In this document: positions 48,113 through 58,235 of the stretch, in pieces | Position numbering within the stretch: the stretch's first letter is position 1 | Layout: every line of letters begins with the position of its first letter | Program-made: the position numbers and the translations under genes | The notes under the pieces: model-generated | Seen by the model: the letters and a program-made list of their open reading frames with translations, nothing else | The model's database searches: none | Told to the model about the DNA's origin: nothing | Source of the DNA: Fervidicoccaceae archaeon | GTDB taxonomy: Archaea; Thermoproteota; Thermoprotei_A; Sulfolobales; Fervidicoccaceae | DNA length: 64,000 nt | Direction of reading: 5' to 3' | Assembly: GCA_038734945.1 (NCBI GenBank) | Contig: JAVYOA010000009.1 | Span: forward strand, 186,001-250,000

Positions 48113-49078
48113 ATGAAGCTGAGCGAAGAAATATCTGCTAGACTACTCAGAGATATCTTCGAGGAAGTTCATAATGAGCTGAAAAAGTCAAATTTTAGAT
48201 ATGTAAAGATCGAAAGGCCCGAGAGATCGGATAAAAGGAGCATCGACATAATAGCATGGTCTCAGAACGATAACAAAAAGAGGATACACCTAAAAATAAC
48301 TGTGGATAGTGCTCAGATCAGCGGGGATGAGTTGAGAGATCTCAAGGCAATGAGCAGAGCCTCGAGCTCTAAGCCTCTTATCATAGGAGAGTTTGAGAGG
48401 AAAATCGATCTGCATGATGAAGTAATATACATGAAAGACGATGTTCCAGTGATAAATCCAACAACTCTCAGCAGGTTACTGGAAAAATCAAAAGATTTGT
48501 ACATAATATCAAGGAGAGGCGAATTCGTAGTGAAGATAAAGGGAGAAAAGCTTAGGAAGAAGAGAGAAGAATTGGGTTACAGCCTGGGTGAAGTCGCAGA
48601 AAGATTGGGAGTTTCCAGAAAAGCAATATACGAGTACGAGAGGAATACGTTTGGAGTTAGAATTGATTATGCGGAAGATCTTCTTGATATGTTTGGTGAG
48701 GACATAGCAGAGCCATTCGACATATTCTCACATGAGCCCAAAATTGTTCCATCTCAGGAGAAAGTGGAGAGCAGAGTTGAAAGGGAAATAGCTGAAGTTT
48801 TGAGAAGCTTGGGAGCAGATATCTATAGTACTAAGAAAACATTTTTTGATTTAGCGGCAAAGGTTGGAAGCAAGGGACTCTTGATAGGCTATGAGAGAGC
48901 CTCATCTCCACTTAGCATAAGAGAAAAAGCAGAGGAGCTTGCCAAAATCAGCGAGTTTGATGATATAATGGGGATCATTGTCCTTAGAGAGGGAAGCGAG
49001 AAAATGAGGGAGCTGAGCGAAGGAGAAGTGAAATATGTTGAGGAGAGAAGAATTGGGAGTATAAAGGAACTCATATGA
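48113..49078 (+). CDS. HTH-type transcriptional regulator with restriction-endonuclease-like domains
   Basis: LRKKREELGYSLGEVAERLGVSRKAIYEYE; SIDIIA and FDLAA motifs. Confidence 0.85.
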   Translation: MKLSEEISARLLRDIFEEVHNELKKSNFRYVKIERPERSDKRSIDIIAWSQNDNKKRIHLKITVDSAQISGDELRDLKAMSRASSSKPLIIGEFERKIDLHDEVIYMKDDVPVINPTTLSRLLEKSKDLYIISRRGEFVVKIKGEKLRKKREELGYSLGEVAERLGVSRKAIYEYERNTFGVRIDYAEDLLDMFGEDIAEPFDIFSHEPKIVPSQEKVESRVEREIAEVLRSLGADIYSTKKTFFDLAAKVGSKGLLIGYERASSPLSIREKAEELAKISEFDDIMGIIVLREGSEKMRELSEGEVKYVEERRIGSIKELI

Positions 49079-49174
49079 AGAATGTGAATTTCAGGCTCTA
49101 GTTCTCTCTCATTTATATACTAAATCCTCAATTCAAGTGAGGAAAAGTCTAAGGAGCAGTCATTTCATTCTACG

Positions 49175-49738
49175 GTGATTAAATTGGTTGTGAAAATATT
49201 CATCACAGGTCCTCCTCGCTCTGGAAAGACTACGCTAATAAGAAGACTTCTCTCATTCATGAATGAGCACAATATATCATATTCTGGATTTTTCACTCCA
49301 GAAATTAGAAAGAATGGCTTCAGAGCAGGTTTCCAGCTCGTCTTCCTTCCATCTTGGAGAACAGTAGAGCTGGCTTCAATAGAGAAAAAACCTGGATATG
49401 AAATGAGGCATGGAAAGTATTGGCTAAATCCAGCAGCTGGAGGAGAAATTTTATCTGCTCTGAGCTCCGCTATTGAGAGTAGCAGCGTCCAGGTCATTGT
49501 CATAGATGAAATAGGCCCTATGGAGCTTGTATATCACAAAGCAGAAGAAGCCTTTTTGGAGGCAATTATTTCAGATAAGAATCTTCTTTCCACATTTCAC
49601 ATTTCATTGAAATTTCGCAGTCCAAGACTATATGCAGAAATAAAAGAAAAGGGAAATATAATAAACCTCGGCGAGATGGAAGCAGAGAAGGCATATTCAG
49701 TTGCCTCAACCCAGCTTAGTTCATTAGGGAGGCAATGA
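49175..49738 (+). CDS. nucleoside triphosphatase (THEP1 family)
   Basis: FITGPPRSGKTT, GFFTPEIR..G.R.GF, IVIDEIGPMEL. Confidence 0.9.
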   Translation: MIKLVVKIFITGPPRSGKTTLIRRLLSFMNEHNISYSGFFTPEIRKNGFRAGFQLVFLPSWRTVELASIEKKPGYEMRHGKYWLNPAAGGEILSALSSAIESSSVQVIVIDEIGPMELVYHKAEEAFLEAIISDKNLLSTFHISLKFRSPRLYAEIKEKGNIINLGEMEAEKAYSVASTQLSSLGRQ

Positions 49739-50964
49739 GAGCATTTGTAAGAACATCTTCAGCTCAAACTCAAAAAGGGGAAAATGAATTGATGGAGAAA
49801 ATAGCGAGGGAGGGAAAAGCGCTATTTTTCATTCCAATTTCTCCCTCATTCATGAGACGGGATGGAAAAATAGAACCTTCTTGGATGCCTTTCTTCTACA
49901 ATCCATATTCTGTGCTTAATAGAGATCTGACAGTTCTAGCAATTAGGGCCTACCGCAGGAAAGAGGGAAGAATAAGGACTTTTGTTGAACCTCTTTCAGG
50001 TATTTGTGTGAGATCTATCAGAGTTCTTCTGGAAGCATCTGAAGAAGAAACAATGGCCTACGCTTCAGACATAAACCCACTAGCAATCGAACAGTGCAGA
50101 AGAAATGCAGAGCTAAATCATCTTCGAACTAGGATGTTTGCAGAGAGAAACGATGCTAGACTCTTCCTACTTTCACTTGATAGCAACGGCGTTCCAGTTG
50201 ACTCCATTGACATAGATCCCTATGGAAGTCCAATATACTATTTTGAATCTGCTCTTAAGGCCATTGGAAAAAAGGGAATAGTGAGCGTAACTGCTACAGA
50301 TCTAGGCGCTTTAACAGGAAGGTACAAAGATGTAGCTCTCCGAAGATATGGTTCCAATCTAACAAGAACACAGTTTTCAAGAGAAGTAGGAACTAGAGTT
50401 CTCATAGGATCCTTTGTTCGCACATCTTCATATTTGGATAGAGCAGCTCACCCTCTTTTCTCTTTTTACCATGAGCACTTCCTCAAAGTGCTATTTCTTG
50501 TTAGAAGGGAGAGAAATGGAGCTACAAGAGCAATGGAGAAACTGGGCTACTTATGCATAAATGAGGAAGGGGGCATCTCTTCAATCATCAACTTGAACGA
50601 TTTTGGAACAGATGAGTGCAAAAAAGCAATAGGGCCTCTCTGGATAGATAACATTTGGAATGAAGAATTTACTGAGCAAATGAAGAATGAGCTGAAGGAC
50701 TCACAATATCTTTCTAGTGAATTGAAGAGAACCCTCTCTTTGATAGAAAGAGAAATCAAAGTAAATTCCATCGGCTACTATAGAATCGATGAAGTGTGCT
50801 CAGCGATGAGAAAAAACATTCCCCCCTTCTCAGTCTTGATAAACGAACTGGAGAAAATGGGATACAGGGCTTCACGAACACATTTTGATAAAAGGGGAAT
50901 TAGAACAAATGCTCCACTAGAAGACCTGAAAAGGGCAATTGAAGAAGCTTCAAGCAGATTATAA
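49735..50964 (+). CDS. trm1: tRNA (guanine-26-N2)-dimethyltransferase
   Basis: FYNP...NRD, RSIR, DIDPYGSP, VTATD, GPLW, SRTHF...IRTNAP. Confidence 0.93.
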   Translation: MRAFVRTSSAQTQKGENELMEKIAREGKALFFIPISPSFMRRDGKIEPSWMPFFYNPYSVLNRDLTVLAIRAYRRKEGRIRTFVEPLSGICVRSIRVLLEASEEETMAYASDINPLAIEQCRRNAELNHLRTRMFAERNDARLFLLSLDSNGVPVDSIDIDPYGSPIYYFESALKAIGKKGIVSVTATDLGALTGRYKDVALRRYGSNLTRTQFSREVGTRVLIGSFVRTSSYLDRAAHPLFSFYHEHFLKVLFLVRRERNGATRAMEKLGYLCINEEGGISSIINLNDFGTDECKKAIGPLWIDNIWNEEFTEQMKNELKDSQYLSSELKRTLSLIEREIKVNSIGYYRIDEVCSAMRKNIPPFSVLINELEKMGYRASRTHFDKRGIRTNAPLEDLKRAIEEASSRL

Positions 50965-51045
50965 TGATATAGGGCAAAATCTTGAAAAAAATTCGAAGCA
51001 GAAATTTGACAAAAAGTTTTTTCTGCATTGAGAGAAAATAACATT

Positions 51046-51103
51046 GAGCGGATGAGGTAGGGAAAAATCTGAATGGTGAGGAAAAGGCATTTGTCCGACG
51101 CTC
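51046..51103 (+). ncRNA. C/D-box guide sRNA (predicted target 23S A1938)
   Basis: Stem GAGCG/CGCTC; C CGGATGA, guide GGTAGGGAAAAAT, D' CTGA (51069-72), C' GTGAGGA, guide AAAGGCATTTGT, D CCGA (51095-98). Confidence 0.8.
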
Positions 51104-51108
51104 GGTTA

Positions 51109-53037
51109 TTACTTATTTTCTCCAAGCATTTTCCTGAGCTCCTCATCTATCAATCTTGCAACGAGCTCTCCAGGAGCTTTTCCTCTCAACTCCCTCATTG
51201 CCAATCCCATCAAAACGTTTTTCGCCTTTCTTTCCTTCTCCCTAATAACATTCTCATTCTCTCTAATTATCCTTCTAACAAATGCCCTCACTTCCTCCTC
51301 GCTCATACTCAGAAGTCCTGCCCTCCTTGCAAGCTCCATTGGGTCGCTTCCAGGTTCCTGTGCTAGAAGCTTTACAAGCTCTGGGAGTCCCTCCTTAGTT
51401 ATCTTACCATCAGCCAAGAGCAGGAGAGAGTCCAAAAGCTCCTTCTCCCCAACTCTTTCTACCGGTACTCCCTCCCTCTTCAGAGAGATCATGTGAACCA
51501 TGAGAAGTGAAGCAACAGTGGTAGCATCAACCTTTCCATTTAACCTCTCAATAAGCCTTTCAAAAAGCTCCTGTTGCTCTCCTCCAACAAGCCTTTCAGC
51601 TAAGCTTAGGCTCAGGCCTAGGTTCTCCACGTAATACTTCAACTTCTTTTCTGGGGTTGGGGGGCGAAGTGATTCAGCCTCTCTAATTATTTCATCTGTG
51701 ACAACAATAGGTGCTATATCCGTCTCCGGATACATTCTCGCAGCTCCCGGCTGGGGTCTCATGAATTTGCTTGTTCCGTCGGGAAGAACAGCACGTGTTT
51801 CTTTTGGAACCCCCTCTAGAGCCGCTTTAATTCGTTCAACAGCCGCTTTAAGTGAGCGAAGAGCTTTATTCTCTTCATCTACAATTAAGATGAAGCTGTC
51901 CTCGCTTGGATTCCCCCCTATAGTTTCATAAATTTTTTCAACCTCTTGCTCTGTTATTCCATATCCAGGTAGCTCATCTCCATGGAATAAACCCATGACA
52001 TCCCCATAGAATCTAGCATAATCGGCCAGTTCAGTTCCAAAGCGTCTATTCGGTTGAAGCTCATACTTTAGTAGCCCTTTGAATTTACGTAGAAGCACAG
52101 CGTATGCTTTTCCTCCTGGCTTTGATAGGTTCTTTTCCACTATTTTGCTCTTTGACTCTTTTAGTATATGTGAAACATCGATTGGAACGAATGAAATTTC
52201 TCCCTTATTTATTCCTCTCTTCCTCATCTCTTCTCTTAGCTCAAGAAGTCTCATCTGTCTAAGTGCCTCATATGCGATAGCCTTTGGAAGCAGTTCCAGC
52301 TCTTGGACTCCTTTTATCTCTACTTTTTCCCCTCCCTCTATCGAAACGTTAAGATCTTGCCTTATGCTTCCGATTCCTCTCCTGACATTTCCAGTGAGCC
52401 TGAGAAGAGTGCCTATCCAAGAAGCAACTTCTTGTGCTTCCTCTGGACTCTCTATGTCTGGAGCAGTCGAAATTTCTATCAAGGGAATTCCAAGCCTATC
52501 AAGAATATAGGAAGTTCTATCTCCTTTTTCCTCTCCTTTTCTAGCGGCATCTTCTTCAACACAAATGGTCTGAATCTTATGCTTTTTCCCCTTTACCTCG
52601 AATTCCCCTCCTATGGAAACAAGAGCAGTTCTCTGAAAACCTGTTGTGTTCGAACCATCAATGACAATCTTTCTCATCACATGAATTTCGTCGACGGGTG
52701 TTGAATTAAGAGCCAGGGCTATGCCAAGAGAAATTTTGATAGCTTCCAAATTCATCTGATGAGGCGGCTCTTCATCTGCCTCAACCAGACATGATGCTTG
52801 TCTTGGGGCATGATACTCATAGCTTTTTCCTTTCTGCCATTCAAAATAAGCAGCTATGTCCACTTCTCCAAGCTCACTTCTTGTTGGTCTCAATCTTCGT
52901 TCGAACACCTCCTCTTCTCCGCCTTCTATTAATACTGCAGGACAGTTGCAGAATAGCTTTCTATGCGTGTGGAGTTGCTGATGAATTTCCAATCCTACTT
53001 TCAGTCCCAGCTTTTTCCAATCAATAGCATTTTCCAT
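51109..53037 (-). CDS. gatE: Glu-tRNA(Gln) amidotransferase subunit E
   Basis: GLEIHQQL, DEEPPH, MRKIVIDGSNTTGFQRT, RQDLNVSI, RMYPETD; start set at ATG 53037 after GAGGTG. Confidence 0.96.
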   Translation of the reverse strand: MENAIDWKKLGLKVGLEIHQQLHTHRKLFCNCPAVLIEGGEEEVFERRLRPTRSELGEVDIAAYFEWQKGKSYEYHAPRQASCLVEADEEPPHQMNLEAIKISLGIALALNSTPVDEIHVMRKIVIDGSNTTGFQRTALVSIGGEFEVKGKKHKIQTICVEEDAARKGEEKGDRTSYILDRLGIPLIEISTAPDIESPEEAQEVASWIGTLLRLTGNVRRGIGSIRQDLNVSIEGGEKVEIKGVQELELLPKAIAYEALRQMRLLELREEMRKRGINKGEISFVPIDVSHILKESKSKIVEKNLSKPGGKAYAVLLRKFKGLLKYELQPNRRFGTELADYARFYGDVMGLFHGDELPGYGITEQEVEKIYETIGGNPSEDSFILIVDEENKALRSLKAAVERIKAALEGVPKETRAVLPDGTSKFMRPQPGAARMYPETDIAPIVVTDEIIREAESLRPPTPEKKLKYYVENLGLSLSLAERLVGGEQQELFERLIERLNGKVDATTVASLLMVHMISLKREGVPVERVGEKELLDSLLLLADGKITKEGLPELVKLLAQEPGSDPMELARRAGLLSMSEEEVRAFVRRIIRENENVIREKERKAKNVLMGLAMRELRGKAPGELVARLIDEELRKMLGENK

Positions 53038-53047
53038 TTTCGACACC

Positions 53048-54382
53048 TCAATCATGCTTCCACTTGGGGAAATAGGAAGGAAGCTCCCTATCTTCGATCT
53101 CTCCAGCAATATTTTTCAACAGAACTTCCTTCACTTCTTCATCTCTGAAGTTTCCGAGAGCCCAAGAGAGCTTCACCAGAGCTGTTTCAGGTATCATGTT
53201 CCCCAGTCCAATTACTCCAGCTTTTAGTAGAAGCCTGCCCGTGCTGTACACATTTAGGTTAACAGAACCAAAAATGCATTGAGAAGTCATAACAACAGTA
53301 ACTCCTTTTTCCACTGCATTCTTTATACCTTCAATGAGCCCCTCATTTACATGACCTAGTCCAGTTCCCTCAATTACTAACCCCTTAATACCTCTTTCTA
53401 CGAGGAAATCTAAGATTTCACTTCTCATACCTGGATAGAATTTCAGAAGTGCCACCCTGTCGGAGAAGTGCAGCTTCACTTCTTCCTGGGGATACTCTCT
53501 TTTATTACCGCACTTTCTAGCATCATTCCTCAACTGAACAATTTTGCCAGAATAGGGATAGATTTTTGCTATTGGAAGCGAGGAGATGCTCTGGAATGCA
53601 TCTCTCCTACTCGTATGCATCTTTCTCACTCTTGTCCCCCTGTGAGCTAGGGCATACGTATCACCACTTTCCCCATGCATTACTGCAGCAACTTCACATA
53701 TGTCTGCGCTTGTGTATATAGACCCAGCTATTAGGTTGAAAGCTGAATCGCTGCTAGGCCTATCGCTGCTTCTCTGAGAGCCCAGAATAGCTACAGGAGA
53801 GGGTATCTTACCAAGCGCAAAGCTTAAGGCTGCTGCTGTATAGCCAAGAGTATCTGTTCCATGAGTTATAACCACTCCCTTTTCAGGATCATTCTTTAGA
53901 ATCTCGTGAACATGACGTGAAATGATTTCCCAGTGCTTGGGTTCCATATTTTCACTGAAAATGCTCATTAGAATCTCGCTGGAAATTTCCGCTATTTCTC
54001 CCAGTTCGGGAATCATCTCCAAGAGCTCCTCAGTGCTGAGGACTGGTGTTACTCCTCCTGTAATGTAATCAATTTTGCTTGCTATTGTACCTCCAGTTGC
54101 TATGATGTGCACTCTTTTGCCTCTCTTTTTTCCTCCCGCAGGTGCCTCAAGCTCAAATCCTTCAGCTCTTACCCTTTTGCCTTCAGGAAGCTCCTCCACT
54201 TTAAGTATGTTGTTAATTTTTATTCCTACATTGTAGCCATTGTCAAGTTTTATAGTCACATAGCCAGGATCGAAAATCTCATATCTTTGTAACACCAGAC
54301 CCTCAAGAACTAAGCCATTCTTTGTCTCAATTTTTACTCTTTTCCCAGGAACAAGCAATGAGTCTTTCTCAGCTCTATCCAA
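53048..54382 (-). CDS. gatD: Glu-tRNA(Gln) amidotransferase subunit D
   Basis: KLDNGYNVG, TGGTIAS, HGTDT, GSQRSSDRPSSD, KMHTSRRDAF. Confidence 0.96.
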   Translation of the reverse strand: MDRAEKDSLLVPGKRVKIETKNGLVLEGLVLQRYEIFDPGYVTIKLDNGYNVGIKINNILKVEELPEGKRVRAEGFELEAPAGGKKRGKRVHIIATGGTIASKIDYITGGVTPVLSTEELLEMIPELGEIAEISSEILMSIFSENMEPKHWEIISRHVHEILKNDPEKGVVITHGTDTLGYTAAALSFALGKIPSPVAILGSQRSSDRPSSDSAFNLIAGSIYTSADICEVAAVMHGESGDTYALAHRGTRVRKMHTSRRDAFQSISSLPIAKIYPYSGKIVQLRNDARKCGNKREYPQEEVKLHFSDRVALLKFYPGMRSEILDFLVERGIKGLVIEGTGLGHVNEGLIEGIKNAVEKGVTVVMTSQCIFGSVNLNVYSTGRLLLKAGVIGLGNMIPETALVKLSWALGNFRDEEVKEVLLKNIAGEIEDRELPSYFPKWKHD

Positions 54383-54499
54383 ACTGAACCCCTCTATTCA
54401 ATACTGCTCTCCTCTAACATAATTTTTTGAACTAAATATTATCAATGCTCTACTTGAAGAAAAAAGATTCGAAATAGAATTGATTGAATTGAGGAAGAG

Positions 54500-55408
54500 C
54501 TATTTTTTCTGCATCTCTTCCGAGCTATCTTCTGTGCCGCTGTAGAGAGCTATTAAATCTTCAAAGGTGATCCTTCCCTTTGTCTTAAGCTTCTCCTCGG
54601 CTTCTTTTCTTTTCTTCTCTAAAATTTCACTCTCTCTCTTCTTGTAGATGCTCTCTCTTATTGCAGCGCTTCTTTCCTGAAGCTTCTTGAGTTCCTCATA
54701 TTTCTGATCGATCTTTTCCTTCAGAGAGTTCAGAGTACTGCTCTTCTCTGTTATCTGCTTCCCCAGTTCATTTATTTTTGGAGAGATCTCATCCATCCTC
54801 TCCGAAAGCTCTTTTAGCTTCTTTCTTACACTATCCAGCTGTGCTATTTTCCCTCTCATCCTCTCCTTGACATCCCTCATCTTTATCTTGAGGCTTGCTA
54901 GCTCTGCCTTCAGTTCCATGTTAACTGAATCAAGTTCCTTGGCCTTCATCAGCTTCTCATATAGCTGTGTTAACCGCTCTATTTCTAGCAACAGCTTTTT
55001 TTCATCCTCTACTGAAAGAGGTGTAGTTTGCTGTTTCCAAGTAAGCTGATCGATCTTCCTTTTCAGTGCGCCTAGAGAAGTCCTATTTCCATCCTTTTCT
55101 GCGCTCAGTTTAACTTCATTGTTCTTCCTCAACAGCTCTGCTATCTCTTCGTACCTCTTGTTTATTTTCTCCTTCTCCTCTTTGAGTTCTCTCAGCTCAA
55201 CCAGCAGCTTATTCTTTTCCTCTCTCTGTTTTTTTACCTGGGCTGAAATTTCCTTGCTTTTTTCGATTAGATTCGCTCTTTCTCCTCTCAGCTCTTGAAG
55301 TTCTTGAATGAGCCTCATTCTTTCTTCCTTGAGCTTAACTATCTCTTCCTTCAGCTGATGAATTTGATCGCTGATTTTTTCGAGCTCTTCTGAGGCAGTT
55401 GATTCCAT
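54500..55408 (-). CDS. archaeal long coiled-coil protein
   Basis: E/K/L heptads throughout; QQTTPLS.E.EK and KG.ITFEDL. Confidence 0.8.
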   Translation of the reverse strand: MESTASEELEKISDQIHQLKEEIVKLKEERMRLIQELQELRGERANLIEKSKEISAQVKKQREEKNKLLVELRELKEEKEKINKRYEEIAELLRKNNEVKLSAEKDGNRTSLGALKRKIDQLTWKQQTTPLSVEDEKKLLLEIERLTQLYEKLMKAKELDSVNMELKAELASLKIKMRDVKERMRGKIAQLDSVRKKLKELSERMDEISPKINELGKQITEKSSTLNSLKEKIDQKYEELKKLQERSAAIRESIYKKRESEILEKKRKEAEEKLKTKGRITFEDLIALYSGTEDSSEEMQKK

Positions 55409-55433
55409 TACATAGGTACACCTTTTCCGCTAT

Positions 55434-56138
55434 TCACATATTGAGAATAAATCTCGCATCTACTGCGAATGCACCTTTATCGTAAACTATAACAGGATTT
55501 ATGTCCATTTCCTTCAGCTCTTGATTCTCGTAAATGAGTTTAGCAGCCTTCACAATTATCTCAGCTATGGCTTTCTTGTCCTTAGGTGTATCTCCTCTAT
55601 ATCCTTCTAATAGGCTTTTTGACTTGATTTCGTCAATCATATCGAGAGCCTCTTTTTCTTTCAGAGGAGCTATTCTGAATGAAACGTCTCTGAAAATTTC
55701 AACAAAAATTCCTCCAAGTCCGAACATTATTGTGGCATCAAAAACAGGATCCCTTATTCCTCCTACTATTACTTCTATTCCTCCTTTTGGTAGCATCTTC
55801 TGTGCTAAGAAGCCTGCTATCTGAGCGCCCGGCTTATTCTTCTCCACGTTTTCCTTAATCTTATTCACAGCATTTTTCATTTCCTCTAGGCTGTTAATTC
55901 CTATAATGACTCCGCCAACATCTGACTTATGAACGATATCAGGAGATACTATTTTGAGAACAGCTGGGAATCCAACCTTTTCTGCTGCTTTTACTACATC
56001 TTTTTCATCTTTAATGAAAAAATAAGGAGCTACGGGTATATCATAGGCCTCAAGAAGGGCCATAGATTCATGTTCAAGAAGCTTTTTTCTACCCTGTTTT
56101 TTTGCCTCAGCAATTATATCCTTAACCTTTTCTGACAT
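55434..56138 (-). CDS. ADP-forming acyl-CoA synthetase beta subunit
   Basis: GFP.VLKIVSPDIVHKSDVGGV, FGLGGIFVE, EMDINP, VDAR. Confidence 0.93.
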   Translation of the reverse strand: MSEKVKDIIAEAKKQGRKKLLEHESMALLEAYDIPVAPYFFIKDEKDVVKAAEKVGFPAVLKIVSPDIVHKSDVGGVIIGINSLEEMKNAVNKIKENVEKNKPGAQIAGFLAQKMLPKGGIEVIVGGIRDPVFDATIMFGLGGIFVEIFRDVSFRIAPLKEKEALDMIDEIKSKSLLEGYRGDTPKDKKAIAEIIVKAAKLIYENQELKEMDINPVIVYDKGAFAVDARFILNM

Positions 56139-56278
56139 TCGTTATCCCTCTAGCCAGATCTAGCTTGAGTTCCATTTTAAAGCTAAAAATCGTTTTTCTG
56201 TTCTTCATCAAGGAATAAAATACTTTTGCCCCACCTTTTTTTAGGGTTTTTTCAGAATATTTTTTTGTGGTGAAGCGA

Positions 56279-56545
56279 GTGAGTGATAACGATGCTATAG
56301 CAATAAAAAGAATTTTAAAAGCTCTCCATGAGAAAGGAGCTGCTAATGCCGGAGATATAGTTAATGCTACAGGTCTTCCGAGATACTATGTATTAGCAGC
56401 TTTTCAGATTCTTCACGAGCTCGGTTACATAAACCTAATCTACAGCAAGGGGTCACACAAAGTATATGAGATAAGTGAAAGGGGAAGAGAATTTCTCGAA
56501 GAAAAAATTGAGGGATCTCATGAGGAAGAAAAGGCAGAAACCTAA
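56279..56545 (+). CDS. small winged-helix DNA-binding protein
   Basis: ILKAL...GLPRY.V...L.ELGYI...YEISERG.EFL. Confidence 0.75.
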   Translation: MSDNDAIAIKRILKALHEKGAANAGDIVNATGLPRYYVLAAFQILHELGYINLIYSKGSHKVYEISERGREFLEEKIEGSHEEEKAET

Positions 56546-57723
56546 TATTTCAGAAGCTCAAGAAACTTCTGCTTCATTACGTCCATCAACTGCTGATCTA
56601 AATCCCATTCCTTCAATTCTCTATTATACGATATAAAAGGAATTGTATAGGATGCTACCGAGTTCTTATTTAGTATTCCAATGAAATAATTTTTCCCCAG
56701 AATTTCCCCAAAAATTTTATGCAGATGCTTATCCAATTTCTCCATATCCTCGTTTTTAATCATAAAAAGCACAATGTAGTCAGCGGTTCTTGAGTTATAT
56801 AACATGGAAATAAATTCCCAAGTTTTAGAAATGTATCTGGCAACTATACGCAACAGAGAAACGCTTTCAGCCTTTCCCTTTATTATGATGATGAGATTTG
56901 CTGGGTCGTTCAAATTCATTGTCCTTCTTTTCAATGAATTGCCCTCAATTATTCTTTGTCCGATTAGATGGGTCTGTAAATGCCTATTTACTTTACTTAC
57001 GCTTATACCTAGAGTTCTAGCTATCTCGCTCATCGAAGTAAGTGAATTATTTTGTAGCTTTGCAAGGATCACTATATCAATGAGATCTATATGCTTCAGC
57101 TCTTGCTCTCTTCCTATATCATCCTGGTTGCTTACGTTATTTGTTTTTTCGATATCCCCCATAATCTTATTAAGAACGTTTTTCCATCTTTTTTCTCTGT
57201 CATTGTATAAGGCATCCTCCCTTAAATCAAGATTATCATATACCGTAATATCGAACTCTATTACTTCTTCTATCTCAGGCAGACCATTTTTCGTGAGAAG
57301 TTTAATGAAGTTTTCCCTCACATCGATGTTGAACGGTGTATAGAAGAGAGCAATTCCCCACGGCCTCGGTAAATTTACATTGCCTCTCCATCTGAGAATG
57401 TATGAGAGGTTCTCGTCCAATCCCTTTATTCTAGTCTTTGAATCGAGCAATATTGGTTGTCTAAAGAAGATCCCAAGCGTTGAAAGGCCAACCTTCCTCA
57501 TATCGAAGTTTGTTCTGAACCCCAAACCAGCTTTTTCCAGCTTTTTCAGCCTTCTCCTCACATAGTCCTCAGTTACCCCCATTTCCTTTGCAACATTCCT
57601 TATCTTAATTGGGGGAAGTTGATGCTTCATAGCGTTAATTAGCTCAATTATATCATAGCGTGATGCTATCTTTTGGGGATCCTTGCTGATTTCTCTCCTC
57701 ATACTATCAACAGCAACCGCCAT
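56542..57723 (-). CDS. AsnC/Lrp-like regulator with two HTH modules
   Basis: NVAKEMGVTEDYVRRRLKKL and IDLIDIVILAKLQ.NSL.SMSEIARTLGIS. Confidence 0.7.
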   Translation of the reverse strand: MAVAVDSMRREISKDPQKIASRYDIIELINAMKHQLPPIKIRNVAKEMGVTEDYVRRRLKKLEKAGLGFRTNFDMRKVGLSTLGIFFRQPILLDSKTRIKGLDENLSYILRWRGNVNLPRPWGIALFYTPFNIDVRENFIKLLTKNGLPEIEEVIEFDITVYDNLDLREDALYNDREKRWKNVLNKIMGDIEKTNNVSNQDDIGREQELKHIDLIDIVILAKLQNNSLTSMSEIARTLGISVSKVNRHLQTHLIGQRIIEGNSLKRRTMNLNDPANLIIIIKGKAESVSLLRIVARYISKTWEFISMLYNSRTADYIVLFMIKNEDMEKLDKHLHKIFGEILGKNYFIGILNKNSVASYTIPFISYNRELKEWDLDQQLMDVMKQKFLELLKY

Positions 57724-58235
57724 ATAAGTTTAAATAGAAATTATGTTTTTTCAAATAAAAATTTTACTTTCTTCAGAACTTCCAAGAAAAGATCTCCTTT
57801 TGCAAATCTATGATCCTTAATCAGCAAAAATATAACAAACCTCATCCAAGATGATGACTTAAGCTTAAACTATTTTTGGTATCTTGCTACTTTCTAAAAA
57901 TAAAAACAGCTATGACTGCATCAAATAAAGCTCTTCTCATTGTAGTTGAAAAAACTTGAGAAAAATTTTAAAACCTCTTTCAATTTAGAAAGCTATATCA
58001 TCCCTCTCCCAGTTGAGCATCCCTTTTCCCCTCCTAAATGCTTTTAAATGCGCGATCGGAGTAATAGCAGGCTCGAAAACACCCGCATTATGGGCGGGTG
58101 ATCCACGCTTTGATACTGCCAAACATAGCACCAAACAATAAAATGCAGAAAATGCACTTTGGTTTTTCTTCAATGAAAAGAAAAAACTATGATGCATTTT
58201 TTTCATTATATGAAAAATAGATAGGTGAAAATGAT

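Noticed and set aside
49137..49178. GTGAGGA...GTGA C/D-like pattern before the NTPase gene
   Set aside because: No D'/C' pair or terminal stem; GGTGA is the RBS or start region.
54500..55408. Low-complexity repeat-like DNA
   Set aside because: Explained by E/K-rich coiled-coil coding; no true nucleotide repeat.
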